Assembly (NCBI GenBank): GCA_963766735.1
Contig: CAVYBU010000019.1
Location: 1 to 64,000 of the forward strand
Direction of reading: 5' to 3'
DNA: 64,000 nucleotides
Origin: an uncultured Chloroflexia bacterium
GTDB taxonomy: Bacteria; Chloroflexota; Limnocylindria; Limnocylindrales; CSP1-4
This document shows positions 1 through 15,888 of the stretch, one piece after another. How positions within the stretch are numbered: the first letter of the stretch is position 1; every line of letters starts with the position of its first letter. The notes beneath the pieces were generated by a model. The model saw only the letters and a list, made by a program, of their open reading frames with translations, had not been told where the DNA came from and did no database searches. The position numbers were made by a program, and so were the translations under genes.

Positions 1-303
1 ATTCTTCTCGCCTTCTTCGGTGGCTGGTAAATCAACAGGGTCTTGCCGTTGCTCACGAAAACCTGCCCGTTGGGTTGGGCGTAGTCCCGAGCGCATCATT
101 CCGGGCTTTTTGAAGACGACTTTGCCTTTCGCGCGATCGTAGCGATCGTACAGCCGCGTATAGCGGGTCTGCTCGAAGTCGGCCTGTAGTGTCTTCGTTT
201 GGTCATAAAACGACTCAACCAGACCGACTACCACCGACGGATTCAGCGGCTCAGCCTCCTGCGCGGCACCGCTGCCGCCAAGCGCGAGCACTGCAAAACC
301 CAA
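1..303 (-). CDS. lolA: Outer-membrane lipoprotein carrier LolA (partial, runs off window; 1-nt frameshift near 90; start uncertain)
   Basis: Manual translation gives ...VESFYDQTKTLQADFEQTRYTRLYDRYDRAKGKVVFKKPGMMR/WDYAQPNGQVFVSNGKTLLIYQP, matching the LolA signature (F-x-Q, KPGxMRWdY, vsdGktlw.Y.P). Confidence 0.8.
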   Translation of the reverse strand, partial: MGFAVLALGGSGAAQEAEPLNPSVVVGLVESFYDQTKTLQADFEQTRYTRLYDRYDRAKGKVVFKKPGMMRSGLRPTQRAGFREQRQDPVDLPATEEGEKN

Positions 304-516
304 ACTTTAACCCCGAACTCTTGATTATTAGCCTGTAGAACGCTCCCAAGGGGTTAGTATTCACGGTGCAAGTGTGTGCACAAGGCAACCACAATTCCGC
401 CCAAAGTGGGATTCGATAATTCCGGCGCAGATCCTTAGGATGTGGAAGCGGGCGCCTTGCCGTGCCCGGGCTTTGCTTGGTTAGCTTGTGAACCCCGTCA
501 GTACCCCGGAGGTGAC

Positions 517-715
517 ATGTCCAAGCAGCAGGCCCGAATCATCCCAGCGGAGCGGCAAAAGTCGCACCTTGAAAAGAAGCATGCCCGGCTCGCCGAGCGC
601 ATAGAGGCCCTCGATGGCCGTCTGAGTCTCACTCCAGGCGAGGAGGCCCAGCTCCAGCAGCTCAAAGAAACAGAAACTTTGGGCCAAGGATGCTCTGCGG
701 CAGGACGTGGGCTAG
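517..715 (+). CDS. DUF465/YdcH-family small coiled-coil protein (1-nt frameshift near 665)
   Basis: GGAGG RBS at 508-512. MSKQQ...LEKKHARLAERIEALDGRLSLTPGEEAQLQQLK/KQKLWAKD matches the DUF465 pattern H..L...I..L......LT..E......LKK.KL..KD. Confidence 0.7.
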
Positions 716-748
716 AGGCCTCGGCTAGAGTTCTTCACGTCCGCAACC

Positions 749-781
749 AACGGCCTGCCTCTCCTGGTAGGCCGTTTTTTT
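749..781 (+). terminator. Rho-independent terminator
   Basis: AACGGCCTGCC-tctcct-GGTAGGCCGTT hairpin followed by a T run, downstream of the DUF465 gene. Confidence 0.75.
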
Positions 782-809
782 ATGCGGTTTTCTCAATCAT
801 TCTAGGCTT

Positions 810-987
810 AAAGCAAATGGGCCACCAATCGGTGACCCATTTCAAACGAAAGAATCGATGCTACAATGAAGAAGCTAGGATAAGTAAGTTAAGCTCAATT
901 TCCTGAGTGGCGGAGTAAAAGGACGACCCATCGTCACGCGGATGCCGGGCAAGCTGGAAAGCGCGGCGATGGGTCTTAAGCAAGCGA
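810..987 (-). ncRNA. Candidate sigma54-dependent small RNA (~180 nt)
   Basis: Perfect sigma54 promoter immediately upstream, two stem-loops (925-975 and 815-842), and no credible ORF. Confidence 0.35.
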
Positions 988-996
988 TTGGGTATA

Positions 997-1014
997 TTGC
1001 AAACGCGATGCCAA
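997..1014 (-). promoter_or_regulatory. Sigma54 (RpoN) -24/-12 promoter
   Basis: Minus strand reads TTGGCATCGCGTTTGCAA, i.e. GG-N10-GC with TGGCA and TTGCA consensus. Confidence 0.65.
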
Positions 1015-1217
1015 CCTGTCTGCCCAGCAAAAAGCGAGGCTTTTTTGCTCACCGGTCGCTTTCGGTAGGACATTTCTGTCATAGACCGGGCACCGATTGT
1101 CGTGTCCGCGCAATTCCCGCTCAGCGAGCGCCGACACACCCACATCTCCCTACCGCGCCGGTTGAAGTCCCTGGCCCATCGTGCGTATGATCTCAGCAAC
1201 CGGACTGACCGGACCCG

Positions 1218-2465
1218 ATGGCCAAGTGCAATAGCTGCAACGGAAATGTGCTGAGAACGGATGCTTTCTGCGGCACGTGTGGTGAACCGGTCCCGGGCGG
1301 GAAGCCCGTGGTGCCGATCGCACGCGACTCGCCATCGGGCGGGACGCAAGCTGCGCGCGAGCGCTCGAATGCCAGGTTCCCCCCTGTAGCCAGTACGGGG
1401 GCATCCGCGCGTGCGTTGGCGGTCGTGGCGCTCGCAGACCCCGAGTTCTCCGAGAGTCCGGACCCTGACCTCAACCGCACGGCGATTCGCGAACGCGAGC
1501 CGCACAGTGAGCCGGCCCCGGTCGTCCCGCTTCACCGTAAAAAGAACGGCACCGAGAGCGAGCGCCGGGAAGACGCGGCTGTGCTCGAACTCCAATCTGA
1601 GGAGCCTCCCGTCTCGGCGCAGGAACGCGAAACGAGCCTACCGCACATTCCAATTCCACCCGGGCCTCCGATCCTCGCCTCGGACTTGCTGCGCGAACAG
1701 ATGCGGCCCTCGAGCCCGGGCGACAAAGCGCTACGCGGCACCGCCCTGGGGTTCAGCGTCCTCGGGGCCGCGGGCGTACTGCTCACGGGCGGCGCACATC
1801 CGTTGACCATGGTCGCATTGGCGATGCTGATCGTGATAGCGACGCTCGCACTCACGCCCATGCCCTACCGTAGCCGTGCGATCGCGCTGTTCTTGGTAAG
1901 CTCGATCGCCACCGGTGTCGCGCTCTGGCAGCAAACGCTCACCAACGTGGCGCCCGACGAGATCGTCCTCGCCGGTGCGACGATTCTCCTCAGCGGGAGC
2001 CTGCTCTTCCGTGCGTACTATCGGGGCGCGGGCCTTGCCCGAGTGGCGGTGACGGCCGGTGTGCTGGCGTTGGGCGCCTGGTTTTTGGCGTCAAGAGGGC
2101 ACGAAAGCCTCGTCACACTCGAAGGTGACTGGCAGTCGTGGGCGCCGGCCTCCACACACATGGCGTTCGGTCTGCTCGCCCTACTCTCGTTGATGGCGTT
2201 CATGGACAACAGCACCCGCGGGGGGTCCCATGTCTGGGCCGTCGCGCTGCTCGTGGTCTATTCGGTGCACGTTGGCCTTCTCGTCGCACGGGGGCTCTGG
2301 CCCGTGCAAGGTACTGAGGTGAGCATCCAAGGACCTACCGTCGCCGCGATCCTTACCGGAGTCGTCGGCACGATCATCGCTGGGATGGCGCTCGCCCAGG
2401 TCCTCGTGGTCGCATACCAAGCGGCCTCGAACCGAATCAAAGAACGCGTTTCGGTCGCCGCCTGA
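1218..2465 (+). CDS. Zinc-ribbon-containing polytopic membrane protein, function unknown
   Basis: N-terminal CxxC-x10-CxxC, Pro/Glu-rich linker, then about 8-9 hydrophobic helices. Confidence 0.75.
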   Translation: MAKCNSCNGNVLRTDAFCGTCGEPVPGGKPVVPIARDSPSGGTQAARERSNARFPPVASTGASARALAVVALADPEFSESPDPDLNRTAIREREPHSEPAPVVPLHRKKNGTESERREDAAVLELQSEEPPVSAQERETSLPHIPIPPGPPILASDLLREQMRPSSPGDKALRGTALGFSVLGAAGVLLTGGAHPLTMVALAMLIVIATLALTPMPYRSRAIALFLVSSIATGVALWQQTLTNVAPDEIVLAGATILLSGSLLFRAYYRGAGLARVAVTAGVLALGAWFLASRGHESLVTLEGDWQSWAPASTHMAFGLLALLSLMAFMDNSTRGGSHVWAVALLVVYSVHVGLLVARGLWPVQGTEVSIQGPTVAAILTGVVGTIIAGMALAQVLVVAYQAASNRIKERVSVAA

Positions 2466-2467
2466 GC

Positions 2468-3509
2468 TCAGGGCACCTTGCGCGGCCAGGACGCCAGCAG
2501 GATGACCGCACAGGTGCGCCCCCGCTCATCCTCGGCCTTGCCATAGCCCGCGTCGGTGAAGCGCGCGTCGGTCACCGTCAATCGATGGCTCGGGCTGTCC
2601 TCGATCGCGTGAAGCGCATCCCGCATGGTGGCTGCTCGGGCGACGGCCTCACCGACGACACGCGCTTCGATGCCGCGTTTGAGTAGCCGGGCCTCGGGGT
2701 CACCGGCCGCATCCAGATTGTGGCCAAACTTCCCCGACTCGCAGATCGTCTGCGCATGACTCGTCGCCTCTCGACTCAGAAGGCGATTCGAACGCAGCGT
2801 GCGCGCCCCCGACGCGCGCCGGAGCTGCATGAGCCATGCCTCGGGGGACTCGGTCCCGCTGTGAACCGGCGCGCCTTCCGGCATCTTGCCCACCCAGCGC
2901 TCCGCGACCGGGCGCGGGCCGTCGGGCCCTGTGGCGACCAGTTGAACGAAGAGCGGCCGAGCCCACTCGGCCGGGAGCGAGATCGTCGCTCCGGCGTCTC
3001 CGCCGTCCACCGCGAGACGGTGTGACGAACCCTTGGCGTCCCGCACGATCAAGTACGGCTCGCGGAAATCCTCGATGACCTCGGCGTGAAGAGTGTTCTT
3101 GCCAATGAGTTGGAGCGCGCCCGCCCGCACCGCGGCCACCAACACGATCCGATCCCCGGTGCGCGCGCGTCCACAGATGAGCGGCGCGTCCGCGGTCTCC
3201 TTCAAGTTCTCGAGCCACGTCTTGAAGCTGTCGAACTCCCCGGTGACGCCGAACTTGGCATAGACCGGATTCGCATCGACCCCAGCCTCGCGCGCCTTGC
3301 GAATGCAGCTCGAGCGATGGAGGGATGTGCTGAAGGTCCGCCAACTGAACCGCCACCTCCTCCAGCTCCGTGCTCTTGATGCACAGCGTTTCGGGCTTTG
3401 CCGGCTCGGCGGCCGGCTCACCTTCTGCGGGGGCGGTGTCTTTATCAGCGCCGGCCGTCGCGTGGATCGCGAGCAGCATGGCACAAAGGAGAATCGATTT
3501 GCGCAGCAT
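2468..3509 (-). CDS. Secreted CAP (SCP-like) domain protein (frameshift near 3300)
   Basis: Signal peptide MLRKSILLCAMLLAIHATAGA in ORF 2700..3509. CAP motifs (A..HA..., FGH, GEAVA, SPSHR, FTDAGYG) in ORF 2468..3601. Confidence 0.7.
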
Positions 3510-3518
3510 TGGTTTGAA

Positions 3519-4709
3519 TCACGTCCGGTAATTAGCGTTGATCCGAACGTACTCGTGACCGAGGTCGCAGGTCCAGTAATGACCAACGCCGCGCCCAGCA
3601 CCGACCGTCACCGCAATCACGTACTCGGGACGCTTCATGATCGCAGCGACTTTGACCTCGGTTTTCGCAGTCATGACGGGGGTTCCGTCGTCGAAGATTG
3701 CAAGGTCCCCAATCCTGACCGACACGTGATCAGGATTGAAACGTACGCCGGAGCGGCCGGCGGCGGCAAGAATGCGGCCCCAGTTGGGGTCGCAACCGTG
3801 AAGCGCGGTCTTGACCAGTTGGGAACCGGCGATCGTGCGAGCGAGCTGAACGGCATCTCCGTTCGTACGGGCGCCGCGAACTTCGATTCGAACCAAGTGC
3901 TCGGCCCCTTCTCCGTCCGAGACGATCTTCTTGGCCAGCGACTCGAGAACTTCGGTGAGCGCTCCGGCAAATCTTCTCCCTGCCGCACTCTTTTCATCGA
4001 TCACCCGGTTCGTGGCTGCTCCAGAGGCCAGCGCGTAGATCGAGTCGTTGGTGCTGGTGTCTCCGTCGACGGTCGCGCGGTTGAACGTAAGCTCCGTCGA
4101 TTGGCGCAGCAATCTCGACAGCGTGGCCTGTCGCAGAGGTGCATCCGTGACCACGAACGCCAGCGTCGTTGCCATGTTCGGGTGAATCATTCCGGCGCCC
4201 TTGGCGATGCCGAGAACACGGCACGTCGTGCGCCCAATCTTGACCTCCGCCTGCGCCACCTTCGGACCGTGGTCAGTGGTCATGATGGCGCGCGCAAACC
4301 GCGTCGCACCGGCCTCGGACAGGTCGGCCACGAGCGCCGGGATGGCCGCCTCGATCGTCTCTCGAGGCAACTGCACGCCGATCACGCCCGTCGAGGCAGG
4401 AAGGACCAGCGCCGCCGGAACGCGAAGGGACGCGGCTGCCCGACGCGTCAACGCCAGTGCTGCTAGCCGCCCCTGCTTGCCCGTGCACGCGTTGGCGTTG
4501 CCGCTGTTCACCATGATCGCCTGGCCGAGCCCGCTCTGGAGTCGACGCTCACTGATCACCACTGGCGCTGCTCGGACGCGATTCGTCGTAAAGACCCCTG
4601 CTGCTGCCGCGGGTTCATCCGCAAGCACCAGCCCGAGGTCCAACGCGCCACCTGCTTTGACTCCGCTGTGCACTCCAGCGAAGCGAAACCCCTTCACCCG
4701 TCCGCTCAT
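3519..4709 (-). CDS. argJ: Bifunctional ornithine acetyltransferase / N-acetylglutamate synthase
   Basis: GVFTTN, NSGNANACTG, STGVIG, KGAGMIHPNMATTL, VDGDTSTND, DGEGA, DPNWGRI motifs. Confidence 0.97.
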   Translation of the reverse strand: MSGRVKGFRFAGVHSGVKAGGALDLGLVLADEPAAAAGVFTTNRVRAAPVVISERRLQSGLGQAIMVNSGNANACTGKQGRLAALALTRRAAASLRVPAALVLPASTGVIGVQLPRETIEAAIPALVADLSEAGATRFARAIMTTDHGPKVAQAEVKIGRTTCRVLGIAKGAGMIHPNMATTLAFVVTDAPLRQATLSRLLRQSTELTFNRATVDGDTSTNDSIYALASGAATNRVIDEKSAAGRRFAGALTEVLESLAKKIVSDGEGAEHLVRIEVRGARTNGDAVQLARTIAGSQLVKTALHGCDPNWGRILAAAGRSGVRFNPDHVSVRIGDLAIFDDGTPVMTAKTEVKVAAIMKRPEYVIAVTVGAGRGVGHYWTCDLGHEYVRINANYRT

Positions 4710-4733
4710 GGCGTGACTATTACCAGATGCGCG

Positions 4734-7941
<3,208 letters not shown>

Positions 7942-7983
7942 GGGCCCAATCTAAGGCGGCGGGGAGAGCTGCGCAAACGACAG

Positions 7984-9470
7984 TCAGAACCAACGTTTGG
8001 AGAGCGCGAGCACCGCGATCAGCACGAAGACCAGGAGCACAAATGCCCAGAGGATGCGCCCCGGGAAGGGGCTGCCGGGCGGGGAGGCGTCGCCTCATCC
8101 CCGAGCTCGTCGAGCAGTTGACGCGCACGCGCCTCGGCCAGGCGCCCGACGCGAAACAGCACCATGCTGACCATGAGGCCGATGAGCAGGATCGCAGCCG
8201 CGGCCTGCCAGCGCCGCGCTCTTGCTCCCCTTGCCGGGTCTCGCCCGTACCGATGGTTGCGCTCGTCGCGGGTCCTATCGCGACGACGTTGGAGCTCGGG
8301 ATGGCAAGCAAGGCGCGCCAGAGGTCGTCCGCAGCGGCCTCGGGAGGCGCGCCCTCGATGATCGCCACCGCAAGCGGGTCGAGCCCATCGTGGTCCGCCT
8401 CCTCCAGAACGGCGTCGGCGGCCTGTCGCACCGGACCCGGTCCATCCGGATCGACGACGACCGCGTACGACACGCCGGCCGTATTGTCCGAGAAAAGGTC
8501 CGCACGAATCTGAAGCCGCCAGACGCCGGGGCCGAGACCCGGCAAGTGAGGATCCTGGGAGAAAGCGAGAACGCGTGCATCCACCGGCGACCCTGGAAGA
8601 CGTCGACCAGAACGGGTGTGCGGCCACCGAGCTGGTCCCACTCGACCTCGATGCGCCCGTCTACCGTAGACGCCCTGGCCACGATGCCGCCCGGCACGAC
8701 GGGGAGGCGTACCTCGCGCGCGGCGACGACGACACCATCGTCATCGAGCGCCTCGACCTCGACGCGCCCTTCATTCCCCGCGACCACGAGGGGAAACCGC
8801 GCAAGCCCGTTCGACGACGGAGTCGGGCTCGCCACGACGCGAACCCCAGCCAGCGGACGGATTTGCACGGAGACCGATTCGCCCGCCACCCAGACCGACA
8901 ACCAGCAGGTCAGGTCGGGCACGCACGCACCTTCTTCCACGCGCGGGTCTAGGGTCGTGATCCGGTGGCTGGGGTCTAACACGCGCATCGGCCCGCTTCA
9001 TAACCCTGGAACACTGTGACGGCGCGACCCTTGGGCCAGCGCGACTCGATCGCTTCCCGTACATAGAGGGGTCGCTCGACCGACACCCGACGGCCGTCGA
9101 TCTCGGCGTGTGCGATGAGCGTGAGAACCTCGTCGCGCCCGCTCGGAACCTGGATCCCCCCCTCCAGACCTTGCACCAGCGACTTCGTCAAATCGGTTTT
9201 CGCGAGCACCAGGCCAGTCGCAGTGCGAAGTTCGATCACGACGGCGGGCGCGGCGATGACGGTGTATCCGTCCGCGTCTTGATCGACCTGCCACGCGCGA
9301 ACACCAATCGTCGCCCCGGGACGCGCAACCAACGGCGCACTCAAACGAAGATCGGGAACCGCGGCCGGAGCGTCGGCCATCCACAGCGCCGCGAGGATCA
9401 ACGCGACGATCAAAGGCGACATTCGGATCGCCCATGCAAAACCGTTGAATTGGCTGTCCTTTGTGCTCAT
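7984..9470 (-). CDS. Hypothetical membrane-anchored protein with beta-rich extracytoplasmic region (multiple frameshifts)
   Basis: Stitched from ORFs 8976..9482, 8275..8988, 7634..8641 and 8019..8627. N-terminal TM/signal and two C-terminal TM helices ending LWAFVLLVFVLIAVLALSKRWF*. Confidence 0.55.
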
Positions 9471-9525
9471 GGGGATGGACAAGTTTGGGATGTTACCTTA
9501 GGAACGGTTGGGGTATAGAGCGCGA

Positions 9526-9984
9526 ATGGGAGCCACCGCCGAACACGACGTCGAGCAACTCCGTGCTCGTTTGAACGACTACATGGCCAAGCATGGCCTG
9601 CGGTCGACCGAGCAGCGGCGTCTGGTGACCGACATGTTTTTTTCGACCACCGAGCATCTCTCCATCGAGGACCTGCTCGATCGGGTGCGCGTCGAAGAAC
9701 CCAAAATCGGATACGCAACGGTGTACCGGACACTCAAGCTCCTCAAGGAATGCGGCCTCGCGTTCGAGCGCCACTTCGGTGACGGCGTATCCCGCTATGA
9801 GGTCGCTTGGGCAAATGAGCACCACGACCACCTCATCTGCCTCGAATGCGAGAAGATCCTCGAGTTCGAAGACGAGGCCATCGAAGTCCTGCAGCACAGC
9901 GTGGCCGAGCGGCTTGGGTTCGAGCTCGTACGCCACAAGCTCGAGCTCTATGGGCTCTGCGCCGACTGCAGAGCCAAGCGTTAG
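9526..9984 (+). CDS. fur: Fur-family transcriptional regulator
   Basis: GLRSTEQR, HLSIEDL, IGYATVYRTLKLL, HHDHLICLEC and C-terminal CADC. Confidence 0.9.
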   Translation: MGATAEHDVEQLRARLNDYMAKHGLRSTEQRRLVTDMFFSTTEHLSIEDLLDRVRVEEPKIGYATVYRTLKLLKECGLAFERHFGDGVSRYEVAWANEHHDHLICLECEKILEFEDEAIEVLQHSVAERLGFELVRHKLELYGLCADCRAKR

Positions 9985-10020
9985 GCCTGGTAGCGGAATG
10001 TGAGGCCCCGTAGAGGGGCG

Positions 10021-11873
<1,853 letters not shown>

Positions 11874-11998
11874 GTAAGCCTCCAGTGTTCGATCCGGTCA
11901 CCCTCTGGCTCGCCTTGATTACGCGAGAAGGCCCTGATGGATGCCAGGTGTAAGAAATTTTGGGGGCAGTGCCGCGTTGGGTCAAGTCGGCGGTCGCC

Positions 11999-12976
11999 CT
12001 AATCGGCTGTGAGGTCCTTCACAAACTCGCCAATTCGCTGGATCGCCCTGCGCCCTTCCTCGAGCATCGGGGCAAACACATGCCACGCGTGAATCATGTC
12101 CGGCCACACTTCGAGCTGGACGTCGACACCGGCCGAGCGGGCCGCTTCCGCACAACGAAGGTTGTCATCCAGCAAGGTTTCCGCGGCGCCTACCTGAATC
12201 AACAGCGGTGGAAGCCCCGTCATGTCGGCGTGGACCGGCGACACTAAAGGGTTACGATGCTCCGCAGCGGGGGCGAAGCGCTTGGCCATCGAGCGGATGC
12301 CGAGACGCGTGACGAAGTCGTAGTGCCTGTTCGATTGCATGGAGGTGCTGCGCGGGTCCAGGTCTAGCCAGCCCGAAATCAGCACGCCACCGGCGGGCAA
12401 GGGAAGGCCGGCGTCGCGAAGCGAGACGAGTGTCGACAGGGTCAGACCCGCACCGGCGGACTCGCCACCGAGGACGATGTGGTCGGGGTGAATCCCCTGC
12501 TCCTCGATCAACCACAGATAGACGCGATGGGAATCCTCGAGTTGCGCCGGGAAAGGATGCTCGGGCGCGAGCCGATAGTCTGCGGCCAGCACGCGCATGC
12601 CGCTCGCGATGCAGAGGCGCGCCAGGAAATCGCGATGCGAATTGATCGAACCGGTCGAGTACCCGCCGCCGTGAAAATAGAGCAAGACGCGATCGGGATC
12701 GCTGTCGGGTTGGGAGAACCACTCCGCTGACACCCCACCCGCATCGAGTGGCCGCATGTCGACGGCCCGCATCGGCGCGGTCACGGGTCGCGGGGGATCG
12801 ATCACGCGCCGCTGAATCTGAAGAGGCAGGACCGTGGAGAGGCTCGCCGATCGCCGCAGCACCTCCGCCACCGTCTCGAGCTCGAGTGTCCAAGTAGGTC
12901 GCCGAGGCCCAAAAACCGCCCGCCGCGCCCGAATCACAGGCTTCAACCCATCCATCATCATGCGAATCAAGTTCAC
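11999..12976 (-). CDS. Alpha/beta hydrolase, hormone-sensitive-lipase (family IV) esterase
   Basis: HGGGY oxyanion motif, DYRLAPEHPFPA, GESAG nucleophile, catalytic His in DMIHAW. Confidence 0.92.
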   Translation of the reverse strand: MNLIRMMMDGLKPVIRARRAVFGPRRPTWTLELETVAEVLRRSASLSTVLPLQIQRRVIDPPRPVTAPMRAVDMRPLDAGGVSAEWFSQPDSDPDRVLLYFHGGGYSTGSINSHRDFLARLCIASGMRVLAADYRLAPEHPFPAQLEDSHRVYLWLIEEQGIHPDHIVLGGESAGAGLTLSTLVSLRDAGLPLPAGGVLISGWLDLDPRSTSMQSNRHYDFVTRLGIRSMAKRFAPAAEHRNPLVSPVHADMTGLPPLLIQVGAAETLLDDNLRCAEAARSAGVDVQLEVWPDMIHAWHVFAPMLEEGRRAIQRIGEFVKDLTAD

Positions 12977-13022
12977 GCCGCCAACCTAACACGCCGAAAA
13001 AGGGTTGAGCGTCGGAGAATTA

Positions 13023-13054
13023 GCCCTTTCTAAAAGGGGTCAGGCCGCTTTTTT
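13023..13054. repeat. REP-like palindrome AAAAGGGGTCAGGCC(G)CTTTT, copy 1
   Basis: Same core as 16552-16582; lies in the divergent esterase/argS intergenic region. Confidence 0.5.
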
Positions 13055-13071
13055 CTGGTAAGCCTGCGGCG

Positions 13072-14831
13072 ATGTTGGTGGTGCGGTATTTGGAGTCGTT
13101 GGGGGCTGAGGCCATTGCGGAGGCCTTGGGGCTCGATGGGCCGCGCGCGGCGATCGTTCGGCCGACGACGGACGCGAAGTTTGGCGACTTTCAAATCAAT
13201 GGCGCCATGCCGCTCGGCAAGGAGCTCGGGAAGCCCCCACGCGAGCTCGCCCTGCCTATTGCAGCCGCGTTGGCAGACATCGATTCGATCGAGAAGGCGG
13301 AGGTCGCGGGGCCGGGCTTCATCAATATCCATCTGGCGCCCTCGTGGGTCGCCTCGAAACTCACCGAAGCGCTTCGGGATGCCGCGCGCGACGGCGTGCC
13401 GACGGTGGACGAGATTTCGAAGATCATCGTCGACTTTTCGAGCCCGAACATCGCCAAGCAAATGCACGTCGGCCACCTTCGCTCGACGATCATTGGGGAT
13501 GCGATCGCACGGATCTTGTCGTTCATGGGGCACGACGTGGTGCGCGATAACCATCTCGGCGATTGGGGAACTCAGTTTGGCCTGTTGATCGTCGGCATGC
13601 GCGAGTGGGGTGACGAGGACGCCCTACGGGCGACACCGATCCCGGAGCTCGAGCGAGTCTATAAGCTCGCGTCCGAGCGGGCTGGCACGGACGAGACCTT
13701 TGCCGAACGCGCGCGGGCGGAATTGGCGAAGCTTCAAAGTGGCGATGAACAGAATCGCGTCTTGTGGGAGCACTTCGTCGAGGTGAGCCGCGGATCACTC
13801 GAGACGGTGTATCGCGAGCTCGACGTGTCGTTCGATGTGTGGCTCGGCGAAAGCGCCTACCACGAGGCCCTTCCTGGGGTGGTGGAGGACCTTCTCGAGC
13901 GTGGCATCGCTCGCGAGGACGACGGCGCCGTCTGTATCTTCTGGGGGGAGCTCGACAAGACCCCCAAGTCACTGCGCAAACAGAAGACTCCGTTCATCGT
14001 GAGAAAGAAGGACGGCGCGTTTCTCTACTCGACCACTGACATCGCTACCGTCCAGCACCGCAAAAACCACTTCAAAGCGGATCGCGCACTTTACGTCGTC
14101 GACAACCGCCAAGGCCTCCATTTTCAGCAGCTGTTCGCGGTGATGAGGTTGCTCGGCACCGAAATCGAGCTCGAACACATCGGCTTCGGCACCGTGCTCG
14201 GCAACGACGGAAAGCCTCAAGAACGCGGGACGCGAGCGGCCAGGTCATCACGCTCGCTTCGTTGCTCGAAGAGGCCAAAGAGCGTGCACAGCAGCGAATC
14301 GAGGAGGGGATCGCCGAGGGGCGCCTTCGAGTTCGGCCGAACGAAATGCGGGAGGTCTCTCGGATCGTGGGTATCGGCGCTGTGAAGTACGCCGACCTTC
14401 GCCAGAACCGACTGAGCGACTACCAGTTCGACTGGGACAAGATGATCTCGTTCCAAGGCGACTCGGGCTCATACCTGCAATACGCGTACGCGCGCTGTGC
14501 CTCGATATTCGCGAAGGGTGAAGTCGACATGGACGAGGTGGCCTCGCGCGCGACGATCATGCTCGATGCGCCCACCGAACGCACCCTCGGCAAACACCTT
14601 CTGCGATTCAGCGATGTCGTTTACCAAGCGGGCGCGACGAGTCAGCCGCATCTGATATGCGAGCACATCTACGAGCTGGCGCGCGCCTTCAACGGTTTCT
14701 ATGCCGAGTGCCCGGTGCTCGACACGGAGGGCGCCACGAGAGAAAGTCGACTCGGGCTCACGGCCTTGACGGCACGGCAGATTCGCCGCGGGCTCGGGCT
14801 CGTCGGGATCGGCGTCGTCGATCGCATGTAG
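13072..14831 (+). CDS. argS: Arginine--tRNA ligase (frameshift near 14220)
   Basis: FGDFQ, AGPGFIN, VDFSSPNIAKQMHVGHLRSTIIGD, GDWGTQFG, GAVKYADL, YLQYAYAR, C-terminal DRM. Confidence 0.96.
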
Positions 14832-14888
14832 TGAAAATCGCTGTATTCCCCGCCGATGGAGTCCGGATGTGCTATGCGAAGCCCGCCA

Positions 14889-15888
14889 ATGAAGGGTCGG
14901 GTCGTTCGAACATCCCATGAAAGCCAGTGTCTGAGCGGCAACCCGCTCGGAGACCCGCACGAACGCGATCTGTACGTGTATCTGCCGCCCGGATACGACG
15001 GAGCACGTCGCTTCCCGGTGGTGATGGTGCTTGCCGGTTTCGGGGCGACCAATCATTCGATCGCAGCGTGGAGCCCGTGGAAGCCAAACACGATCGAACT
15101 CTTCGACCAACTCGTCGCTGAGGGCCGATGCAAGCCCGCGATTCTCGTGCTGCCCGACTGCTTCAATCGATGGGGCGGCTCGCAGTTCATCGATTCAGAG
15201 GGAACAGGTCGCTATCAAACCTACCTCGCTGACGAGGTGTTCGCGTTCGTGGATGCCGAGTTTCAAACGATTCCCGACCGCGAAGCGCGAGGTGTCGTCG
15301 GTCGCTCGTCCGGCGGATTCGGAGCCCTGCGACTTGGGATGGACCGGCCCGACGTGGTATCGGTGATTGGGAGTCACGCGGGCGACGCGGGTTTCGAGGT
15401 CAGCATGCGGCCCATGCTCACCAGCGCCGCGATCGCGATCGATCTGGCGGGCGGCCTCCGGCCGTTTGCCGAAGAGATCCCCGTCAGCGGCCCCAACGAC
15501 GCGAGGCAGTTCGATGCGATCTTCGTCCTTGCCGCCGGGGCCGCGTATTCCCCGGACACGACCGATTTTCCGTACGCGCACATTCCGATGGATCCGGCCA
15601 CCGGAGAAGCTCCGCGCGGAGGTGTGGTCGAGGTGGCTCGAACAGGACCCGGTTCGGCGGATCGACGCCTCGATCGCCGCTTTGCGAGCGATGTCGCTTA
15701 TTTACGTCGACGCAGGCAGCAGGGATGAGCACGGGCTACACTTCGCTGCACGCAGGCTCAACGACGAGCTCTCCAAGCGAGGGTTGCCCGTTCACTACGA
15801 CGAGTACGAAGGCGGACACCGGGGCACCTCCTGGCGTTACGAGGTTTCGCTGCCGCAAATCGTTGAAGCACTTCGAGGATCCGAATGA
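14889..15888 (+). CDS. Putative esterase, Fes/enterochelin-esterase-like alpha/beta hydrolase (frameshift near 15605)
   Basis: NPLGDP..R...VYLPPGY, GGSQFIDS, GRSSGGFGA, C-terminal DAGSRDE and YEGGH. Confidence 0.85.

Noticed and set aside
942-1190. 82-aa plus-strand ORF in the intergenic region
   Set aside because: No RBS or recognisable motif, and it overlaps the sigma54 promoter and hairpins; likely spurious
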